A DNA stretch of 63,698 bases, filler included, from Choristocarpus tenellus KU-1152 (Eukaryota; Protista; Phaeophyceae), in assembly GCA_964200185.2 (NCBI GenBank). It is 12 parts of 12 records of this genome, joined end to end, with 100 filler letters (N's around TTAATTAATTAA, not from the genome) between each part and the next. Parts side by side here need not be neighbours in the genome. Positions count along the whole stretch, not along the records: positions 1 to 5,035 come from CAXNAD020012097.1; positions 5,136 to 16,236 come from CAXNAD020002506.1; 10 more parts are not named here. One strand, given 5' to 3'. Below are positions 1 through 14,000 of this stretch, one piece after another. The stretch's first letter is position 1. The number at the start of each line of letters is the position of its first letter. Below the pieces are notes generated by a model. It was not told the DNA's origin, made no database searches, and saw nothing but the letters and a program-made list of their open reading frames with translations. The position numbers and the translations under genes were made by a program.

Positions 1-59
1 CCACACGTGGTATGCTCGCATGATTGTTCTTCGACTGTTACTTGGTGGAGTGGCTCTTG

Positions 60-420
60 CCCAGTACACTCTATGCGTTTTATCAGATACTTGATGTTTG
101 GGACAGTGAATTTGCCAGTGTTCTTATGCGCGTGCCCTTCAGGTGTATTTGAGGTGTTCTGGATTGATAGTTCAAATACTCCTGTCCAACAGAATGGTGT
201 CTCATTTCATAGGTGGGAAGTGAGATCCAGAGGGCCAATCTCCATGTTGACAGCTCTTTGTTGTTTATCTAAATTCTGGACTATTGCTGTGTTTCATCAC
301 AGGGTGAGGAGGAATTTCCATCCGTATGCAGGAGTATTGAACTATCATCACTGACTCCCAGCACAATGAATCTTGATTCAGAAAATACTTCAAAGTCACT
401 GGAAGTTTCACTTCAGGTGT
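60..420 (+). mobile_element. decayed Ty1/Copia integrase remnant
   Basis: NTPVQQNGVS (TPQQNGV.ER) and LSKFWTIAV (LP..FW.EAV) motifs. Confidence 0.5.
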
Positions 421-971
421 GCACACTGCTATGATAACAACTGCACTTTCAAATGCCAGTATAGTATGGTTGAGTGGATTTCTGAGTCAAGTGAAGCAAG
501 TGGAATCAATGGCAGCCCTTATCACATGAAGTTTTCTGCTTTTCCCTGCGATAGTGAATGTGCACTCTTAACATTTTGTTTCAACTGTACGTGGTGAATG
601 ATGATTTATTTTCATTAGGTAAGCTAGACACGTTTTGTCGTTGAGCACGTTTGATAGTTGACCACTTGCACTGCTTGCTACTTTGGGGATACATTGTGAA
701 TATGTTGGGTTTGGTAAGCATAGTACAATTTAGAGATTGGTGTGCTTGAGCTAACATACTGTATATTTTCTGTTGTTGGAGTACTCAGATAGTGTCCAAT
801 CATACTCTCACCTACATTACTTGTTGTATACTGATAAAGTTGACTCCAAAGTTTCTTCAGATCGACTGCTTCTTCCAACGACAGTGTATGAACATCTAAA
901 CTTCGATACTTTGACACCTGACTTTGAGAGTTGAAGAAGTTATCCAGACTAGTTTTATATGTAGAGAGACA

Positions 972-1241
972 GAGTGAAAGTATCTTAGAGGGTACAAGTT
1001 TTGCCCTGTTTGTTCGTTTGGGGCTTGACTTCCCACAGGTTTTTTCTTACATTTTCCTACCTCGAAATTTCGGACCCCGAATTTTGGAGTAGGTAAAATG
1101 TATACCTTACGAAAAGGTGCGTTCGGAATAAGGACATTGACACTTTCTAACGAGCACTTTAGGCAAAATTACATCAAAATCACAACGTTGAAATTTGGAC
1201 CCCAAGTGGCTGAGGTTTTACCCCCTAATATACTTTGACTC
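972..1241 (+). mobile_element. MITE family A (PIF/Harbinger Tourist-like, ~260 bp)
   Basis: TIR GAGTGAAAGTATCTTAGAGGGTA...TAC.C.CTAA.ATACTTTGACTC. Flanks are ACA/ATA. Confidence 0.85.
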
Positions 1242-2473
1242 ATAGTATAATACCACATGAAGATTTTTCTATGCTTCAGAGCACAATATCACTTCACATG
1301 CACAACTCAAAAGCGTACTTAGTGGGATGCTAGTCCTGTCACTGGGGAGTTCGTTTTTGTCGTTCACAGTGACAACTCAGCATACCAATGCTCTTTGATA
1401 ACTATAGTTCAATTCAGACAGGTGTGATGTCACTGTGCAGGAATGGACTGCTTGACCTCTTTCTTGTCTTGGTCATTGCCAGGTGTATTGGGCCCTCAAC
1501 GGTCACACTGGTGACGTACTGGACTATGAGTGAGTGATATTTCTTGGGGGCTCTGGGCAGGTTGCAATGCCAAGTGATTGCCATGAAAATAGCCCCATCT
1601 GAATTTTACTTAGAGAAGTCACAGCATTTTGCTTTTGTTTGTACTTGATGAAGTCGAGACTTTGACCTATTCTTCATAGATGATTGTCACCCAGCTCCTT
1701 CCTCTGCAATACTTTTGACAGGAATGCTGTAAACGTGTACATGACTGACCTTTCTCAAGATCCGGAGCTTCTCAGGGCTAAACCCTCAATTGGGGCTCTG
1801 CCATACACTCGGCTTGAAGCCAATACCTTTATAAACACCTTCCGGTTCAATCAAGTGGTAAGTGTGCCTGCACAGGTGTTTGTTGGTTTATTTTGTAGGG
1901 TCTCTACTACAAGCTGGAAGAAAAGCAGTCTATGACGATGCATAAGGCTTAGTAGGGCAATGGTGGCAAACTGAGTATTGTTGAAAAGGTGAAGCCCCTA
2001 CTATCATCCAATTTTCCCATTTCACCAGTCGCACAAGGTGGTATGCCAAGGTGGTATGGGATATGCCCTAAGACATTGGTTTGTCTTGCCTCTTCCTCAG
2101 CTCCTGAGTTCACAAGTGGCACTTCTGGGGATGCAAATGAAATGTGGAATGATTATTTCAGGTGGATGTAAGGACTATTTGGTGAAAATAGCAAATACTG
2201 GCTGACCATTTGGGCATCTGGGTACATTATGTGCACATGAGAGAGCACGCACTGATTTAAGTAATTTTGAATACTCTATACTCTGGAGTATGTTTGGCCA
2301 AATTTTTTTACGGTTAAATTTATTGTAGATTTGATGGTGTTTAGCTGGGCTAGTAGAAAAATGTTGTAGTAGAACTAGTTATTTGTCGCATTTTGTACCA
2401 ATTCCAATTTTTTCGATCACCAAGAGCGATAACCTTATCAGGATCTAAATGGTCATATATCGGTAAACTGAAA

Positions 2474-2735
2474 GAACGAAAGTATCTTAGAGGGTACGAG
2501 TTTTGCCCTGTTTGTCTGTTTGGAGCTTGACTTCCCTTGGGTTCTTTTATAACATTTTCCTACTCCGAGATGTTTCTTAGTAGAAAAAAATGCAGATAGG
2601 TTATGAAAAGGTGTATCTGGAACAAGGATACTAACACTTCCTAACAAACATGATAGTCAGGATTTAATCAAAATCTCATCATTGCATTTTGGTCCCCAAA
2701 CGGACATGACTCTACCCTCTAAGATACTTTGACTC
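2474..2735 (+). mobile_element. MITE family A
   Basis: Same TIRs and body. Flanks are AAA/AAT. Confidence 0.85.
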
Positions 2736-3132
2736 AATACTTTGTGCAATTTTGTATTTGTTAGTGGAGATCTTTTAAAACCATCTAATATAATTCCAGA
2801 AAGTCCAGTCTCTTCTGCATCATGCAATACCTCTTTTGATACCCTTGATTGTATCATTAATCAGTGCAAGAATAATTTCTTCATATTAACTCTAGTGCTC
2901 TTGGTCGTTTTGAAATGTTATAGGGACGTACAGGGCTTTGTAATATCGTGATATAACCTTCTTGCACCTTATTTCTCGCCACACCCTGGTAGTCTCTTGT
3001 TTCTGAACTCCACACGCACAGTACAGTACTGCTATGAGCTACTCCTCAAAAATCCCCCAAATTGGAACAAGTAAGATAGCAACGTAGCACTGAACCCCCT
3101 CGAGAATGTTCAATAATTGAAGTATGACCCAT

Positions 3133-3386
3133 GACCCAAGGCACTTAGAGTGGTAGGGCCGTGTTCGTTCGGGATCATAAAACCAATATTGCGATTTCGA
3201 TGACTTTGGCTATCGCATCTGTTATGAAGTGGCAATATACTTGCTCTGGACACACCTTTCATAGTCGTACACATTTTAATTATGTTCACGCAGAAAACCG
3301 AAAAATGGCATAAATAACCCTTGGGAAGCCAAGCCCTAAACGGACAAACAGGGCAGAACTTCTACCCTCTTTACATGCTTTGACTC
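3133..3386 (-). mobile_element. MITE family A, diverged subfamily
   Basis: Degenerate TIRs with a homologous body in reverse orientation. Flanks are CAT/TAT. Confidence 0.7.
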
Positions 3387-3424
3387 TATGCAAAATAAGA
3401 ACTAAATATATAAATGGCATGTTA

Positions 3425-3878
3425 GAGTAAAAGCATCTTAGAGGGTACAAGTTTTGCCCTATTTGTCCATTCGAGGCTTGGCTTCCCACGAGTTTTTTTG
3501 ACCCAAAGAATCTGGGGGGGTGGGGGGGTCTACACGAGGGTGCCCATTTGGACCAAAATCGGGAAAAGTGCATTTGCATTATCCATCCGAGGTATGGCAA
3601 CCAAATCACCCAAAAATCGCGAAATGAAAAAATTGACCCCAAACGGACAGCCGCCCCCCCCTCCCAGGTACTTTGAGCCTTTTATGACGTTTTCCTACTC
3701 CAAAATATTTCGCAGTAGGCAAAATGTATACATTATGAAAAGGTGTGTCTGGAACAAGGATATTGACACTTCATAACAAACATAACAACCAAAATCACAT
3801 CAAAATCACATCAAAATCGCAACATCGGATTTTGGTGCCCAAATGGACGTGGCCCTACCCTCTAAGATACTTTGGCTC
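3425..3878 (+). mobile_element. MITE family A (TSD TTA) containing nested MITE family B at 3500-3679 (TSD TTT)
   Basis: TTA directly flanks both ends. The A body is split by a complete poly-G-terminated B element. Confidence 0.9.
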
Positions 3879-5035
3879 TTACAGCTACCCTACCCGACTA
3901 CCCCCACTTGATTGATTGTTTGGTCCAACTTATCTGTGACCCATTATACGATATAACATTAATTTTCTTGGTTGTGCAAGTTGGGTTTGGTTCAAGTCAA
4001 TCCGTTTGAACTGATTTGGGTCACTTCTTCATTTGCTTTAGACTACTTTCTTGCCTGTTCCACCTTCCATAATAGCACATACCCCTTGAGTTATTGTATG
4101 TATTCTTACCCACTGAGGAAACCCTGTACAAACAGGTGATATGCACTAGACCCCAAAATGTTGTCAATATAGAGGTAGGGGTTTATCTAGCGGTACATGA
4201 TATCATCTGATCATGAGCACATAATATAGTGCTTGTAGTGTTCTGCTGTACCTTGACAATGTGGGAAGGTAGTAACGAGAACACAGACAGCTGCTCCCAC
4301 CAATAGTTGAATGGGATAAATGTTCATCGTAAAGATAAGGTTTTGTAGTTGGCTAACCTCATCAAGCAGGCCGGATGTCCTCTCTGGGGTTGATATCACA
4401 GAAGAAATATGATTTACTCTCGCATCTATCAGAACTGCCCTATATATTCGGTGTCTTACTATTGTCTCCTTCACAATGTTCCGGCTCCTTGTAAATACAC
4501 TATATTCTACTTCAAAGTATCCATATGAATCTCTGACTCACTCTGTCCACTGTGGTGCCTTCTAGGACCTGGCGATGATAGAGTACAGACCACTGCAAGG
4601 CAAACCGTCAAGGGTGTATTCTGCTGGCAGCATCATCACAAGCGAATACCATGTAAAGATAACCCTTGGTGCTGGCATTCCCCCGTCTTGTAATTTTGTT
4701 TTTGAGCGTCATTCAGTGCTCTACCCTGTTCATCTCTTCGACCCATGTCCATAATATGTTGCCGATATTCACTTACTTGCTTGCAAACCTAGAATTGCAC
4801 AATTGTGTTCTGAAGTATGGACCCTCCCAGCAGGACACTGAGGACGGGGGTTTGATGTGTAAAACACTTTCTGTGCCCATATTTTCGGTTTTACAAGGCT
4901 GCGTAGCTTGTTGTCTTTTTTTGTTATAAATTTATTTTGGGTAAATACACATATGAATCGAATAGTAGAAGTTTGGGATGTTACACCTATGACTTGGTAA
5001 ATTTAGGAAATGACCCAAAGCATCTGTGAGGGGGG

Positions 5036-5135
5036 NNNNNNNNNNNNNNNNNNNNNNNNNNNNNNNNNNNNNNNNNNNNTTAATTAATTAANNNNNNNNN
5101 NNNNNNNNNNNNNNNNNNNNNNNNNNNNNNNNNNN
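5036..5135. other. artificial contig linker N44-TTAATTAATTAA-N44 (also 16237, 20426, 23720, 30278, 34742, 38616, 42038, 48433, 51166, 61075)
   Basis: Identical 100-nt block repeated 11 times. The 12-mer supplies stop codons in all six frames. Confidence 0.98.
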
Positions 5136-5379
5136 CTCTGTGCCAAGAATAGCAATGAGGTTATCCTACCTCAATATTCAACACTCCTCAGTGCCAAGAG
5201 TAGCAATGAGGTTATCCTACCTCAATCTTCAACACTCCTCTGTGCCAAGAGTAGCAATGAGGTTATCCTACCTCAATCTTCAACACTCCTCAGTGCCAAG
5301 AGTAGCAATGAGGTTATCCTACCTCAATCTTCAACACTCCTCTGTGCCAAGAGTAACAATGAGGTTATCCTACCTCAAT
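5136..5379 (+). repeat. 51-bp tandem minisatellite (~4.8 visible copies, cut by contig start)
   Basis: GTGCCAAG recurs at 5140, 5191, 5242, 5293 and 5344. Confidence 0.95.
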
Positions 5380-8043
5380 TTGCTCTCTTCATCCAGCCAC
5401 GTTTTGCACCTTCTCTCGAGGCTAGCAACTCAGTCTTTGTCTCAGTCTCATTCTTGTTCCCCTTTCACACATTTCACACATTTAAACTGTTGTCAACGCT
5501 CTCACTGGCTTTCCACTTCCCCATGAACCAGCCTGTCGCATAGTCCTCAAAACACAAATAGTGATTGCCCTTGTATGGGATAGGATCACTCATACACAAA
5601 AGTGTCTAATGAAAGGCTTTGAAGTGTTTAAGTCTGAGACTACTGTGGTACACTGTTAACAGTTCCCTGCTACCCCATGGAAGAATCTCTTGCTTCATTG
5701 GACGTCATCAGATCAAGATTCTTAGGGTTAGGGCATTGACTAATCCCCACGCCGACTTCTTCATTTGTAGGTGCCAAAGTGCAAGTGCTAGAACTCCCCT
5801 GGAGGGGAAAATTATGCCTTTGAAACGCCAGGATCCCGATCTCTCCAATGCACCAAACACATTCACCAGTGATGCAGCAAATAGTTTTACAAACTGAAGT
5901 GTTGACTCTCAAGAAGTTGAAAAAGGTTCTAACTACTACCTAATCCTTCTACTGTAGTATCAAGCTTGCATATCCAAAGCAACTGGAATCGCATTCAACA
6001 ATTCTAGAACCTTCTTTCTAGGAGAGTCAAGATTTTGTTGTAGAGTAGGATGTACTGAAGTTAGGGTTAGGGTTAGTTGGTCTTGTTGGTCTGTGGTATC
6101 CGCATATGCAATAGAAAAATGCTTGGAGTGCAAGTGTTAGACAAAATATGTCACTACTCCAGTAGCTGCAAGTGCTTATGATCACCAAAGCAGAAGAGTA
6201 CAATTGTGGGATTAGCTGTTTACTGATTAGTTAACATGCTAGGCTTCCTTGCCATGCGGTGGTATGGAAGAGACAATTTGACACAAAGTACAACTGTTCA
6301 GCGGAAACATTGAAGATATGACACAGGAGATTAGGGTTAGGGTTAGATCCAGGTTAGATCTTAAAAAAATCTCTTTATTGTTTATCAGGATGGACTTTGA
6401 ATTAGAAAAGCATACCTTTTGTGAACGATTCGAGGTACAGTTCCATTTGTTCTGTTCTGGGTGTTTGCTGGTTGTATTGCATCAGTTTTTTATTTGTCCT
6501 CTTTTCATCAAATTTAGAATAAAGCTATATGCTCGTCGAGCCAGTAGTGTTTGGACCTGTGTTCGTGGTGGAGCTGGGTGGTAGTGATGGTGGCACTGTT
6601 GTTGGTCGTGATGATGGCATGGTTGTAATGGTGGAACCGGAGGTAGAAAAGGTGATGGCACCAGTAGTCCTGCTGGCCAATGCCTTGGTGGGATTGATCG
6701 AGCAGATTGTACTGATCACATCGATCAGGTGCCAGGGAATCTCAAGGTGATGGATGCATTACCTTTGTGTCAATCGATTACTACAACCAGCCAGCCTTTG
6801 GAAATGCTTTCTGATAGCGGCATTATTGTGTAAGCAAGTAGTTACAGACCCAAGAGATAAACTATTCACACTGGCAGTACAATAAGAATTCTACCATGCC
6901 CAAATCTATTAGCTTAGAGGGTGATAGGGTTGCATGGGCAAATGGACTTTGATGATGGGCACTAAATCAATTGTGACAAATTGTGATTCATTGAGTCTAG
7001 TAGATGCAGAGAGAGAGGGTTGATTCCACACTTCAGTGAAATGTCTTGGAAAAATGTATCGTCATGCCTCACTCTTCCAGCATTAGGTAGTAAGGCAAGC
7101 AGCTTGGGCAGAGACTAAGGTTAAGCCTGTTATCAAGTGCAGTCTACATGTGACATTGCTGAGAGAGCATTGTGGCAACAGGCATAGCCAACACCAGTCA
7201 ATCAGGCACTATTTGTCATATTTTTGCTAACCCTAACCCTAACCCAGATGCACCTCTGGCCAAAACTTGTTGGTATCTTCAGAGATGTGTTGAAGCAAAT
7301 ATATGTAACCAAATAGAAATGCTCTATGCTGCTTCCAAGATTCTGGCTGAACAGTCCAATTTCTGGAAACCCTATTGTGCCATGATTCTTCTTAACTCTA
7401 ACCCTAACCCATATATCATCGAATCTTTTCTTTGTTGTTCCCTTAGCGCTAGACAACCCTAACCCTAACCCCCTTCTCCTTCAAGTCAAGTGTTTCCTCA
7501 TGATTAACCCGAGCGAGTCTTACCTACTATCTACTCTGGTGTTCCCTTGAAGTTGTGGCAATCCTCACCCTTTGCAATGATATCTTAACCCTAACCCCTC
7601 ACCCACCAACCTCTCTGCTCTTCCCTTTTCCCAACCATTCGTGATCCCTTCCTTTCTCCTTTATCATTTCTACTTGTCTTCCATCTTCGTCTTGTTCTCT
7701 TTTCAACCAGGCCATCCCTAACCCTAGTCTTTAAACCAATGGCCGTAGTGACTGTCCTGACAATATTGCTCTCGCCCAGAGCATGATGTGTTTAAATACT
7801 GTGCCATTTTACGACTTTGGTCTTAATGTTTGGTGGTAGCATCAACTTTAGACATGCCCAAACTGTTGTCACTGCATTTGGTTATTTCAAGTGTCATTGC
7901 AACCTTCACACACATTTCGTCGACATGGAAGTCATCCAGACTTCAAACTTGTGAAATTGCCAGCTATTGCATTTGTCCATCAACGCTATTTTGCTCTTTT
8001 TTTGGCAATCCACCCTCTTAAGTATTTCCTTCTCCTATCATAG

Positions 8044-11000
8044 GTGTTTGCAGAACTTGGAGAATCTCACTGGACACTTCTGGTCAATGAGGTTAATAGG
8101 CACATCCCAGAGGTATGAAGTACTTCCAAAGCGCAAGAACAACCTCGATTTTAGGCAAGATGCACCTGTACCGCAGTCCTGTTCCCTAACTTAGATCAAA
8201 TTGATACTCTAACCTTACCAGAACACTGAGTGCTCTGCCAAGAACAGTAGGGTTTTGCCCCAGTTAGTTGACATTATGCAAAGAGTATCATTTGTAATGA
8301 TAGTAACAAATTTGTATTCTTTCCACGGAGGCTTCTTGAGTGATTGATTTCTCATCACCTAGAATGTCATGTTATTCACAAGAGTGCAAAACACAGTAGG
8401 CAACAGATGCATATCCGATTGGCCACCTCCAAGGAGCTTTTTGTCTTGGAAAGGGATGCGAAAATCAGCAAGAGGCAACAAGGAGTGGGGTTACACTTGA
8501 GGGACACCCATGGGGTGTATCCTATGCCAACAATATATGTATCATGTCCTAGTTCCCAAGAAATTTGGACTGGATCATCATAGTGATTGTGGACGTGGCT
8601 GGGTTGCTCTGTCCGACCATGTCCAAGTTGAACACAGAGACCATATCCGTTTGATCTCCCAACAAGGATGCAGACATTTTGAACATCTGGGCTTTGGACA
8701 AGAGCTACAAGCACTGACAAGTTTGTCTACATCAGAGACCCCATTATTGGTGAAGCTGATATCATCTCTAAGATCAGTCAAAGGGTTCAACAAGCCTAGG
8801 GTTGTTTTTCCAAGTATTGCCAAGTGCTTCATGGCAGAGCAACAGGTTTATCGCTTGACTGTAAGAATTTCATGCTCAAGGATGAAGTGCCTGAGGTTCT
8901 GTTGTACAGTTGTGTGAGGTGGACACTCTGCCAGATCCACTGCATTAAGCTTCACTCCACCACAATCCCACATGCTCCTCCAAAGATGCCCTTGTGAAGA
9001 CTGGGTGTGACAATAGCAAGGAAACAGTAGAGATGGAGGATTGCGTCTCCCAAAGGTGGTATGTTCAGGAAATTTTCAAATTAAGAATGCAGGCAAGAGA
9101 GAGTGGAGAAGAAGTGGTTATCATTGTTGAGAGATCAAGCATAAGGGTAACAAACCAGCACAGGTAATACCAGTGTGTGGTTGCTAGCCCAAAGAGTTTC
9201 ATGGGCAAGCTTAGTTCCTAGTAGGGTTAGGGTTAGCTTAGCTGACATTTGTCGTGCTTAAGTATCAGCTAAAGCAGTCCAAGCATATCAAGACATACGC
9301 TCACTTACCACTGTCTACTGAATTCTACTTTTTGTGTTGTCTTCCTCTTTTAGGGTTAGGGTTAGGGTTGATCATTTTCTGCCCCTTTCCTTCGTGTGAT
9401 TAGTGATGTGTGGTGTTTGGGATTGGATGGACATGGTGTGAAACTAGACTTTTGGAGGTTTTCCCCCTCTAAGAAACCCTAACCCTAACCTGGCAACGTG
9501 TGTCAGCATTAATGACATCCCATCCGAACTATTGGGTTAGGGTTAGGGTTAGGCACCTCGAATATTCTTCATTTCCTTCGGTAGCTACTATGGATTCATG
9601 CTCTTTGTTTGGTTATTTCTGTTGTGATGTTGGTATTGCTCAAGCATTGTGTATTGCTTTCCTCTGACTACCTTTTGAATCATGGATTTTGGACCCCTCA
9701 GATGGATGTGGGTAAGTAAGAATAATCAGAAGGCTAAGTTGGAAACCGTCAGTAGCACAGTGAAAGTTAATAGCTTCAGCTATCAATTGAGATGCGTGTC
9801 TGTAGCAGTCAAGAAGAAACTTGACATTGACATTCCCTTCCAATGTATTCAGAAATTGTTCTGAATATTTTGAACCTTCCAGAACACTGCCAAAAGTGTC
9901 ACTTTGGTGAACATAGCCAGTGGGCACCTAACAACATCACATTTCCAACAAATATCTGGTGGTTCTACGAGACATTCTCTGTGATCAGAATTTATTAGGT
10001 GTGTTTGGTCCTGAGTTTGAAATCATAATTTGAATGTTGTGGACCATCCTTACCAATTCGCGTGCATTACCTTGGTCCTTTTCAAAACGCTCAAGATACT
10101 TGATCGGAGTATCACTTTCTATGGGTCTCGGCTTTGCTGACATGAGCTGATTTTCGATGGCAAGGTGTACTTACGGTCCCATGAAGCCAACCACACACTT
10201 ATCATCAGAGTATGGCACATCAAGTGAGACAACATGGTGACAAATTCATTCATCAGGCCAGAAGAACAAAGGCAACACAGCAAAGCATATAAGGAATTCT
10301 TCAATTCAAGTGTTACTGCTGAAGGTTAATAGTGACTGAGATGAAGTCCAGCCAGAACAAGATCCACAATGAGACTTCCAACAAGGCTGGCAAGTGGTTA
10401 GACAGCCCACTGGCTCGTGAAGCACCAATAAGGACAGGATCAGTTGCAGAGAAACACGTAGGGAACCTTTGGGAAGAGGAAGGGAAGCAATAGGGTGTTG
10501 CCCAACAACTTGAGTTCCAGTGGGTCTGTGAAAGTGTAGGAACACATGCTGTTCTTGAAATATGTGCTTGGCAATGGTCCAGAGGTCCCTGATACAGAAC
10601 CACTTGCACACGCGTAGCACACCGTGTCTTTTGCTTGGTCTTAGACTGGTAGTGTCAAGACTTGGGGATCGACAAAATATTTCGGGTACGTAGTTGAGTG
10701 TCAAGAGATCATTTCTCAGGTGTCCTGAAGACTGAACTCTTCCTAGTTCAAAGTTTTGGCACACGAAGTATGAGACAAGTAGCAAAAAATCTCACCGTAA
10801 TCCCTTTACAGGGTCTCCACTTAGGGTTAGGGTTTATCATTGTTTAGTGTGTGTGTTGTTGCCTCTGCGTTGCTGTTGAGGGACACACCTTGCGTGTGAA
10901 CTGATTCTTGACCATTTCATTTATTTATTTTTCAGGTCTCAGATCTCCTCCAACAGTTTGCGTTTGTGCCAAATTGGCGTGTGGATGACGTTATGGTCAG

Positions 11001-14000
11001 CTATGCTACAGAAGGGGGCTCTGTTGGACCGCATGTGGACAACTATGATGTATTCCTTGTACAGGTGATAGTACATGCCAACTATGCCCAACAAACTAAG
11101 TATCACCCTTCCCGCTCATAGCCCATCTTTGTGAGCACTATTTGAGTGCTCCCAGCCACACCCACAACAGCCCTTTCAGTGGCAATGCTCGCAATACAGA
11201 GACCCTGTTACAGTTCTTGGCTGGTGTTAATTTTAGGTAGAAGGCAGGCGACCAAGTCGTTTGACTGTGTATACCTTGTGAATCGTGTTTTGCGTATGTA
11301 TAACCCTGTACTTATGACTGAGGTAACCTCACAATGCGCTTGTCCCCCCATTCCATTGATGATATTCGGGTGATCAAGATCATTACTTTTTTCGGCGATG
11401 GTGCTCTGTTATAGGTCATACCCCGCCACTGTGCTTAGGGTTAGGGTTAGGGTTAGAACACTATGTCTGAGTAAACCATCTGCGCTACCGTGAGTAGAGT
11501 GGAATGAATAGGGTTAGGGTTAGGGTTAGTGTCAGTGTTCATACCTGTCCGCCTTGTTGCACTTCGAATGTAGCACAATCTTTTGCAAGGTTTTACTCAC
11601 ATTTGGAACACAAGAAAGACCCTCTGTATTCAACATTGATCATGCCTTTCACCAATATATGGCACTACTGTCATCACCGTAATTGCCAATTGGCTGGATT
11701 ATCGTAGGTACATTCCTCTGCCATTTCTATCATTCGTAGGCAACAATAGTATGCACTTCCACTTGCTGAACCCCCAACAGTTAACATGCAGCCAGGTGTA
11801 GAGCTGGGCTTGTTATGGACACAGTTGAGGCTCTTGTCCACCCCAGGAAATTGGTTGTCAAGCACCCAAGCCACCTAGCATTGGAGTACACATTTTATGG
11901 CAATTTGTACACTTGGTTTGCTTGATTTCCTTCTATCTCCCATTATCTGTTTTGAGTTTCTAGTATGGCCTGTGACTTTTTTGTTTTGCAGGTTGCCCAC
12001 AGTGCTCCATATTTTATTATCACTGTATGTTGTACTTGGAGTATTTGATTTTTTTTTTCTTCAACGAATGGTATGCGTATTTCAATCTGTTGCAAAAATT
12101 ATGAGTGATTTGGGTATATGATTATGCCTGTGATATGTAATCTTCGATTGATTGTCGACATGTGTACCCCATCTGTATGATATGAGATGTGCCTGTGTTA
12201 TGTTGTTGATTGCATTTATAATTTGAGCCTATGATCTTGCCTATGGTATGTTTTCTTTGGCTGATTGTGAATTTGTGTGTACCCATGCGTGTGATAATAA
12301 TGCTGTGGATGCATCTGTAATATTTTGGTGATGACTCCTTCTGTGAATGCCGTATGTGGTGGTGAGATTATATTTATAGGGATCGGGTTCGAGGAGGTGG
12401 TGCATTGAGAACAGGCACACCAATGGTCGGGAAGAGGAGGACAGGTCACTGCCCGACATTGATCTCAGGGTTCTACAGGACTTCAAGGAAGACCAGGTAT
12501 TTTATTGCATTTGAATTTGGCAGTGGTTACTGCTTGTGCACACTATGAAAAAACATGTGCTGTGACTTGGAATCAGCCCACGGGCTCTTGATGGAACTAC
12601 TGGCCTCATTAGATGCCTCTTTGATCTTCAAGAATAAAGCCTTTGGCTATGCATAATGAAAATAAAGTAGGAGTTTGAATTCCTTGGGTTCTTTGCCTGT
12701 TACGTCCCTCTGAGAATGAGTGCGACATCAGTATCGGCAGTCCTAAAACATATTGGATTGCTACAATGTGAATCCCGTGTTGTAACTGAACTATGTGATA
12801 TTTGAAGTAGAATCCCCTCCCTCTCCCATGGAGTGTGTGACTCAATGTCGTACTGCCTACTCACAACTTCAATGTAATGCTTGCCATGTATTGCCATCTC
12901 AGGCCTGGGTGCTGCAACCTGGAGATGCCCTGTACCTTCCTCCAAGAATAGCCCACCACGGTGTGAGCTTGGACAAGGCGAGGACTTGGTAATTGCAGTG
13001 AAATGCGCCTTGTGTAAAAACATTTAATGTCAAACAAATGATTATTTAACCTATTTGTACTTCTCAAATCAGTAGGAAAACGTTGTGTAGAACTATTTGT
13101 GAAGGTTGAAGGGGTGGGATAGATGTTATAATCATTTCTACCCAGCAAAAAGAACCTTGTACCACAAATCATGTGCTGAGTACAACTCAACGTTGAGTAA
13201 TGATGTGTAAGTCCTGATTTGTACATATAACCTTGTTGGCTACCATGTACACATGACTTGTAGATATCAGTCACCATTTTATCAGCATGTGTAAATGATT
13301 TGTCCAATGTGTCGAGAGGAGATATTTGAGTATTGGTGATCTGTCCCTACCTAGTGTTGACGCACAAATCTTATGTTGTGATTTAGTAGGGAAGAATAGT
13401 TGCATACAAATATTTGGTTACTGTCACTGTAAAATTATGCAACAGTGCCTTTGTACCATTGTTGTTCTATGATCGTATTTAATCATATCACCCCCCTTTC
13501 TAAACTAACACATTGTGGAAGCTCCAGTAGGGCCCTGGGTAAGATGACGTTTGTATTGTCATGCCGGGGTCCCTTGACGTCTTCAAGTTGAAAACATGTA
13601 CCTGTATATTTTTCCTTGTATCGGCGATCAATGCTCAAATTATGCATACCAGTACCACCACTCCTATGTTGAACACATTTACAAGTATTTGTTGGTATGA
13701 CTCATCCTCTGCAAATCAGGTACAACTAGTCGCCATACCACTCCCCTATCTACGAAAGGTATTCAAGAATTTGTCGTACCACTCACTGTTCACGAAACAT
13801 GTGGAAATACTTGTGTGTGCCACTCTCACATTGTGAAGCATGTACAAACAAACGGTTGCCCTGGTGCAATACATTGATTTGAATCCCTCTGCAGTGATTT
13901 TCCCTTGTGAGCCACACGTTGTACAAATGACAGTTGATTTTTATCACTTCATCATTTTGTCGGAAAAATTGTCCCACACAACTCTCAGAAATGTGAATGA

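Noticed and set aside
3286-3776. Recurrent short ORFs (KLTPNGQPPPP, TLPNKHD) suggesting a peptide family
   Set aside because: These are incidental translations of MITE A/B sequence, and the frames are not conserved between copies.
5080-5091. Recurrent TTAATTAATTAA palindrome as a biological motif
   Set aside because: It is always centred in N-runs, so it is an artificial six-frame-stop linker.
5140-5526. Repeat-protein ORF or CRISPR array
   Set aside because: The frame is open only because the 51-bp unit is a multiple of 3. No spacers.
6389-6434. Possible additional upstream roxA exon (MDFELEKHTFCERFE)
   Set aside because: Splice sites are plausible, but there is no WQK.P motif and the expected intervening exon was not found.
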